Origin: an uncultured Phycisphaerales bacterium
Lineage (GTDB): Bacteria > Planctomycetota > Phycisphaerae > Tepidisphaerales > Tepidisphaeraceae
DNA length: 64,000 nucleotides
Reading direction: 5' to 3'
Assembly: GCA_963758525.1 (NCBI GenBank)
Contig: CAVWVQ010000003.1
Coordinates: 1,920,001 to 1,984,000, forward strand
Both the position numbers and the translations under genes were made by a program. Below the pieces are notes generated by a model. It had not been told where the DNA came from. It made no database searches and worked only from the letters and a program-made list of their open reading frames with translations. The first letter of the stretch is position 1. Each line of letters starts with the position of its first letter. Below are positions 57,940 through 64,000 of this stretch, one piece after another.

Positions 57940-60054
57940 CTACCGCTCGCGGCCCACATAAAACGCCAGCACGGACTCCACCACCAACAAGCTCAAAAGA
58001 GTGACCGCCAGATTTCGCCAGATCTCCCGGCCCGGCCCCGCCGCGGCCAGCGCGCCGGGGTAATAGGCGACGATACTCGCCTTGAGATTCCCGAGCAGCC
58101 CCGCGAGCTGCGATTCGATCAACGGCTCGAGATCGCTCGCGTTTTTGTCAAAGCTTGCCGCCATCTGGTGCGTCTGCTGCCTGCCCTGAGCATCGTTCCA
58201 ACTGAGCGTGTAGATCCCGGCCCGCTCCGTGTGCCAGAACTGAAACATTCCGCAACCTGTCGGGAGCACCTGCGGGGTCGGATCCCCCGGCGCGGCAACC
58301 CGGGCATTCAATTTTGGCTGATTATCGCTGGGTCGATATACCAATGTATGTCCCGCGACCAGGTTGTCCTCCCAAGGATCCGGACGCGCGACCGACAGCG
58401 CGGCCGAGCGCACTGCCAGCACAAACGTCGGATCGATCGGCCAATCCGTCCATTCCCGATCGGCCGACGTTGTGAACAGCAGCACGCGCCCTGCGCCGAA
58501 TTTTCGCTCGATCACCGCAGGGCGGCCGGCCGGATCATTCCAACGGGCCAGCACGCGCGTTCCCCAGTCATTCTTCGAAACTTCCACGCCCATCAGGCGC
58601 TTTGTCTCAATCTTGGCAAGCGCGGCGGGCGCGAGCTTCGCCAGCGCGGCCAGCGGTGAATCAGCGAATCCCTCCATCACCAGACCGCGCACCGGGCCGT
58701 CCTCGATGCGATCCAGCTTTGCGGGCAGAAGCCCTGCGCCATTGCGGAACAGGCGCTGGTTATACATTTCCGGGTCGACCTGCTCTCCGCAAAAGATCAG
58801 CAGCCCCGTGCCGTCCCTGACGAGCCGTTCGTACTCGGCAACCATCGCGGGCGACAGATTCGCCGCATCGGTGATCGCCAGTGCATCGGGCCGGTCGGGA
58901 TGAGCGGCCTGCAAATCCGTGTCGGCCCAGTGCTGGATATGCCACGGCTCCTGACCCACACTCAGTGCCAGTTGGACAAAATCTCCCGAAGATTCGAACG
59001 GCCCAGCGCCTTGGCGCCCATCAATCAAGGTCAGATTCAGCCGTTCCCGCATGTCGACGGCCAGGTGCCGCACGTTGTCGCCGTTGAGCGCGTCGTCCGG
59101 CAATGCGAAATCCAGTTGATGCTGCCCCGGCTTGGCAAGTGTCACGGAAAGCGGAACATCGGTCGTCGTCCCCGGCGACAGCGAGGGCAGCACCACCGGG
59201 CGGGATTCGCCATCCACCGTCAACACCGCCTGCGCGCCGGCGATGGTCTCTGTCGTGTCATTCTTCACCACGGCCGCAATTTTCAAAGGCACGCCCGGCA
59301 GCGCGATCGAATCCTCCTGTGAAAACTTCGCCAGAGAAACGTTCGCCGTTTTTCGCGATCCCACGTCGATCACCCGCGCCTCAATGCCCTGCGCCGCCCA
59401 GCGATTAGCCAGCTCCGTCACGCCGCTGCTCCATCCGCTGCGCCGCATATCGGTGATCAGGATGATTTCCTTCTGCGGAAACGTTGCCGTCCCCAGGCAT
59501 TCGTCGATCACCTTGAACGTCGCCGCCCAGTTGCACGCCGCGTCGGTCGTCTGCAGCGCCTGCACCTGCGCCAGCAATTTTGAAGGGTCTTCCAGGCTGG
59601 CCTCGCGAACCAAGGGCGACGCTTCGGGCGCGGTGGTTAAAAATGTGATCGAATCCTGCGACCCGGTCGCTCGCAGCACCTCGCCGGCCGCGCTCTTTCC
59701 AAGATCCATCGCCGTGCGTCCGTCCTGGCGATACCCCATTGCCAGCGAATCATCCAGCACGACGATCCGGCTCACGCGCGACCGCCGCGACAGCAACGAA
59801 CCAATGCCCGCCTTCGATAAGACGGGGCGCGCCACCGTCACAACCAGCAGAATGATCAGCAGCGTGCGCAGCAGCAGCAGGAGCAATTGTTCGATGCGAA
59901 GCCGCCGGCGGTTGTTCTTCACCGTCAGCTTCAGGTATTTCATCGGCGCCCATTCCACCAGCTCAAACCGGCGACGATTGAGCAGGTGGATGATCAACGG
60001 CACCGACGCCAGCGCCAGACCAAAGAGCACCGGAGCGGAGAGGAACTGCATCAT
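57940..60054 (-). CDS. BatA N-terminal and vWA domain protein
   Basis: 'PLIIHLLNRRR...WAPMKYL', 'VLDDSLAM', 'ITDMR'. Confidence 0.88.
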   Translation of the reverse strand: MMQFLSAPVLFGLALASVPLIIHLLNRRRFELVEWAPMKYLKLTVKNNRRRLRIEQLLLLLLRTLLIILLVVTVARPVLSKAGIGSLLSRRSRVSRIVVLDDSLAMGYRQDGRTAMDLGKSAAGEVLRATGSQDSITFLTTAPEASPLVREASLEDPSKLLAQVQALQTTDAACNWAATFKVIDECLGTATFPQKEIILITDMRRSGWSSGVTELANRWAAQGIEARVIDVGSRKTANVSLAKFSQEDSIALPGVPLKIAAVVKNDTTETIAGAQAVLTVDGESRPVVLPSLSPGTTTDVPLSVTLAKPGQHQLDFALPDDALNGDNVRHLAVDMRERLNLTLIDGRQGAGPFESSGDFVQLALSVGQEPWHIQHWADTDLQAAHPDRPDALAITDAANLSPAMVAEYERLVRDGTGLLIFCGEQVDPEMYNQRLFRNGAGLLPAKLDRIEDGPVRGLVMEGFADSPLAALAKLAPAALAKIETKRLMGVEVSKNDWGTRVLARWNDPAGRPAVIERKFGAGRVLLFTTSADREWTDWPIDPTFVLAVRSAALSVARPDPWEDNLVAGHTLVYRPSDNQPKLNARVAAPGDPTPQVLPTGCGMFQFWHTERAGIYTLSWNDAQGRQQTHQMAASFDKNASDLEPLIESQLAGLLGNLKASIVAYYPGALAAAGPGREIWRNLAVTLLSLLVVESVLAFYVGRER

Positions 60055-60992
60055 TCCCCTCCCGCGGTCGGTCCGGAGAGCTTGCCGGCGCGTCCGCTCC
60101 CGCCGCGCCCGTCGCGGCCGTGCAGATAGAAGCTCAGCGCCATTCCCAGATCATCCGTCGTTCGCAGCAGGATATGATCGATTCGCGCGTAGAGGCACCG
60201 GCTGCGCACTTCGCCGATGAACGTCTCCATCGCGCGCTTGTAAGACTGCCGAAAAGCCCGAGGCTCGGCAAACAGCTCTTCAGCCTGCGCGCCCCCTTCG
60301 ATGTCGCGGAACAGCACCGAGTCCTTGAACGGCAATTCGATCTCGTCGGGATCGAGCACCTGAAACACGATGATTTCGTGCCCCTCATGCTGAAGGCGCC
60401 CAAGGCTGTCGTAGAATTTGTCCAGATCCGTGAGCAGATCGGAGATGATGATCACCACGCCGCGGCGTTTAATCTGCCCCGCGATCTTGTTCATCACCTC
60501 GGCCAGCTCGGTTTCCCGATCGGGCCTGGTCTTCTCGATCACGTCGATGATCTTCGCGAGCTGCGACTGCGTTGCCGTCGGCCGAAGCCAGGCGCGCTCT
60601 TCCTTGTCAAAGACAACAAGTCCGATCGCGTCGCGTTGTTTGATCAGCAATGCCGCAAGGGACGCCGTGAGCGTCGCCGCATATTCAAACTTGGTCATGG
60701 CCCCCCGGCCGTATCGCATCGACCGGCTGGCATCCAGCACCAGCGTCGCGCGCAAGTCCGATTCCTGCTCGTACTGCTTGATGTGAAATCGGTTGCTCCG
60801 CGCGTACGCCCGCCAATCGAGCCGCTTCAGATCATCCCCCGGCGCATATTCCCGGTAGCTGGCAAACTCCACGCTGACGCCATGCAGCGGGCTGCGATGA
60901 ATCCCGGAGATACTCCCTTCGACGACGCGCTGTGCGCGGAGTCCCAGGGGAAGGATCCGAGCGAGAATTTGCGGGTTTAGATAGGAGGTCAT
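60051..60992 (-). CDS. DUF58 domain protein
   Basis: 'GIHRSPLHGVSVEFASYREYAPGDDLKRLDWRAYAR', 'LDASRSM', 'IISDL'. Confidence 0.92.
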   Translation of the reverse strand: MTSYLNPQILARILPLGLRAQRVVEGSISGIHRSPLHGVSVEFASYREYAPGDDLKRLDWRAYARSNRFHIKQYEQESDLRATLVLDASRSMRYGRGAMTKFEYAATLTASLAALLIKQRDAIGLVVFDKEERAWLRPTATQSQLAKIIDVIEKTRPDRETELAEVMNKIAGQIKRRGVVIIISDLLTDLDKFYDSLGRLQHEGHEIIVFQVLDPDEIELPFKDSVLFRDIEGGAQAEELFAEPRAFRQSYKRAMETFIGEVRSRCLYARIDHILLRTTDDLGMALSFYLHGRDGRGGSGRAGKLSGPTAGGE

Positions 60993-61152
60993 GTGAATTT
61001 TGTTGGTCTTCTGTCGCGATCACCGTTGATATCTGCGCCGGAATCCGCGAGGCCGGAGCGCCGCCACTGACCCCGACCATAATGCTCGTCAACCGGCGCC
61101 GACGCTGGATTCGATCGGGAAGATCGCCGCCGCTACCGACTCTTCGCCTCTT

Positions 61153-61182
61153 TCCCCCTCCCCTGGTACTCCAGGGGAGGGG
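61153..61182. repeat. Palindromic repeat family F hairpin
   Basis: tccccctcccctgg tact ccaggggagggga. Confidence 0.7.
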
Positions 61183-61199
61183 AAAAAACTCACCAGCGC

Positions 61200-62259
<1,060 letters not shown>

Positions 62260-62290
62260 GATGCTGCTCCTGTGACAGAGTGATCCCGAA

Positions 62291-63337
62291 TTATCGCTGA
62301 TAAATCGGAAGAAATTTGTAAGGCAACTGAAGAATGATCAGCGCGATGCTGGTCCCGTAGATCTGCCCCACGTCCCCCTGCCACGATCCATCCGGCTGCT
62401 GCATGTGCAGCAACTGATCGCGCGCGCCGGGGAAATAATCATTCCAGTATTTGTCGCCGGCCTGGTAGAACGCCTGCGACGCGTACAGATGCGTGTAAAA
62501 ATCGTGCCCCGACCCCTTGTTCCAGTCCCCCTTGTTCTGAACGAACTGCCCCCACACATAATTCAGGCACGAATCCGCCAGTTTGGAATCATACTCCCCG
62601 GCGTTGTACAGCGTCGCCACCGCCGCCGCTGAAATCGCGAGCCGCGGCCCGGTCGCCGAGCCCAGCGAATACTCGATCCCGCCCTCCGGCGTCTTGCACA
62701 GTTCCAGATATTTTACCGCTCCCGCCACGGTTCCCTTGGGGACGGTGAACCCGGCGTTGCTTGCCGCACGCAATCCCTGCATCTGCGTGACCGTCACCGA
62801 ACCTTCGTCGCCGCCGCCGGGAATATACGTCCAGCCCCCGAAGGCGCTCTGTCCGCGCGCGGTCAGGTCGATCGCGTTGTTAATCACTTTTTTCAATTGG
62901 TCGCGCGTCTTGAGATCGGTTTCCATCCCATAGACAGTGGATAGAAACAGCAGCGAAAAACCGTGGCCGTACATCGACCGGCTGTCGGCTTCGGCCGGCG
63001 AAGTGATCAGCCCCGACGGCCGCGCGTTGCCCAGCAGATAGAGTTCATCCCGGCGAATATTGTCCGAATAAGGTCCGCGGCTTGGCGTATCCCCATGAGA
63101 TAGAAACGCCATTCCCGCCAGCGCCGCCATCACTGTCGGGTATGCCGACCCATCCTGTCCGCCCCAGTTTCCGTCCTGCAACTGCGTTTGCGCCAAATAA
63201 TCCAGGCCCGATTTGATTGCCTTCTGCGTCTGCACGTTGATGTGTTGCGGCAACAACTCGTCCGCGCCGCAAACTCCGTCGAGAAGCAGCAGCGTCACGA
63301 TTGCCACGATCACCGCCGACTGCTTGCCAACCATCAA
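62291..63337 (-). CDS. Prenyltransferase/squalene oxidase repeat protein
   Basis: '[15 protein letters not shown]', 'MYGHGF', 'GGWTY...DEGSVT', 'QQPDGSW', 'LPIYQR'. Confidence 0.88.
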   Translation of the reverse strand: MMVGKQSAVIVAIVTLLLLDGVCGADELLPQHINVQTQKAIKSGLDYLAQTQLQDGNWGGQDGSAYPTVMAALAGMAFLSHGDTPSRGPYSDNIRRDELYLLGNARPSGLITSPAEADSRSMYGHGFSLLFLSTVYGMETDLKTRDQLKKVINNAIDLTARGQSAFGGWTYIPGGGDEGSVTVTQMQGLRAASNAGFTVPKGTVAGAVKYLELCKTPEGGIEYSLGSATGPRLAISAAAVATLYNAGEYDSKLADSCLNYVWGQFVQNKGDWNKGSGHDFYTHLYASQAFYQAGDKYWNDYFPGARDQLLHMQQPDGSWQGDVGQIYGTSIALIILQLPYKFLPIYQR

Positions 63338-63366
63338 AATGTTCCTTCATCAAGGGATCAAGGAGC

Positions 63367-63501
63367 GTTCAGGGTCCGTAAGGGTTCAGGGTGTCAGGGT
63401 TCAGGGTTCAGGAGGGGACGGGGGGAAACTATTCGTCTCGTTTGCTCTCGCATTTCCTGAACCCTGAACCCTGAACCCTGAACCCTGACACCCTGAACCC
63501 T
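63367..63501. repeat. Inverted heptamer arrays (GGGTTCA)n...(TGAACCC)n
   Basis: gggttcagggtgtcagggttcagggttcagg ... ctgaaccctgaaccctgaaccctgaaccctgacaccctgaaccct. Confidence 0.85.
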
Positions 63502-63510
63502 CACCGACCC

Positions 63511-64000
63511 TTACTTCACAATCTCAAACGTCACGGTCAAATGGACCGAAACCGGAATTTCCCCGGGGGACGCCGAGGTGGCGACGTTTGCGTCGGAGTC
63601 GTCGCTATCCCCGGGATCAGCCCCCGTGATCATCTCCAGGTACGCCTGCCTCGGGCTGCTGGGGCCTGCCGCGGACGCACCCTGGTCTTTTACCGACATC
63701 ACCCGGCCCAGCTTCACGCCGCTGAGCGCCGCGATCCGCTCCGCCTTGGCTTTGGCATCGGCGACCGCCTGCCCATACGCCCGGTTCTCCAACTCCGCCT
63801 TGTCGGGAATCTTGAAGCTCACCAGCGCGTCGGGGGCACCGCTCTGCGCCCGCATCTGCATCTGAAAGTAGTTCGTCGCCGGCGCCGGCCCGACTGCCAG
63901 GCCCGCGTCATGGCAAGTGTCTATCAACTTCAACACCGTCTCGAGAATTTGATCCGGCTGCAGTTTGTCCACCGCTTTTATCTGAATCTTGAGTGTCTCG
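63511..64000 (-). CDS. SIMPL (DUF541) domain protein, 5' end outside window
   Basis: 'AVADAKAKAERIAALSGVKLGRVMSV', 'PGEIPVSVHLTVTF'. Confidence 0.8.
   Translation of the reverse strand, partial: ETLKIQIKAVDKLQPDQILETVLKLIDTCHDAGLAVGPAPATNYFQMQMRAQSGAPDALVSFKIPDKAELENRAYGQAVADAKAKAERIAALSGVKLGRVMSVKDQGASAAGPSSPRQAYLEMITGADPGDSDDSDANVATSASPGEIPVSVHLTVTFEIVK

Noticed and set aside
55611..58004. Long antisense ORFs (e.g. 55611-58004, 10633-12156, 14922-16439, 17595-18956)
   Set aside because: Shadows of well-supported opposite-strand genes, expected in high-GC DNA; no recognisable motifs.

Overview
GC-rich bacterial DNA, most likely Planctomycetota (Phycisphaerae/Tepidisphaerales-like). The evidence is 'TTQP/ATRP' linkers, CGYDLRAxPxRCPECG membrane proteins and a MoxR-DUF58-BatA-vWA operon. 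The left part (~1.6-24.5 kb) is a co-oriented minus-strand phage-derived morphogenesis cluster. From its 5' end it carries an HTH gene, a lipoprotein/holin-like/secreted beta-helix trio, an esterase-bearing fibre protein, ParB-N, an ABC-ATPase-GNAT fusion, large terminase, portal, prohead protease, HK97 capsid, cement, head-tail connector, head closure, tail terminator and putative tail-tip genes. I see no integrase, replication genes, att repeats, tail tube or tape measure, and many of its intergenic gaps hold host REP/REPIN or heptamer repeats. That makes it a candidate domesticated gene-transfer-agent-like element. It also contains an antisense array of three Zn-ribbon membrane genes beside a diverged relic of the connector gene's 5' end. 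The rest is host backbone: PilZ, SDR, Ser/Thr kinase-WD40, lpxO, an AbiE-type TA pair at the guaA 3' end, a MoxR-vWA-beta-propeller (bpX) conflict system, queC, tRNA-Ser(CGA) and a typical planctomycete MoxR/DUF58/BatA operon. About a dozen small frameshifts, several in homopolymers and also in backbone genes, look like long-read sequencing errors. All family assignments are by eye from motifs; no database searches were run.
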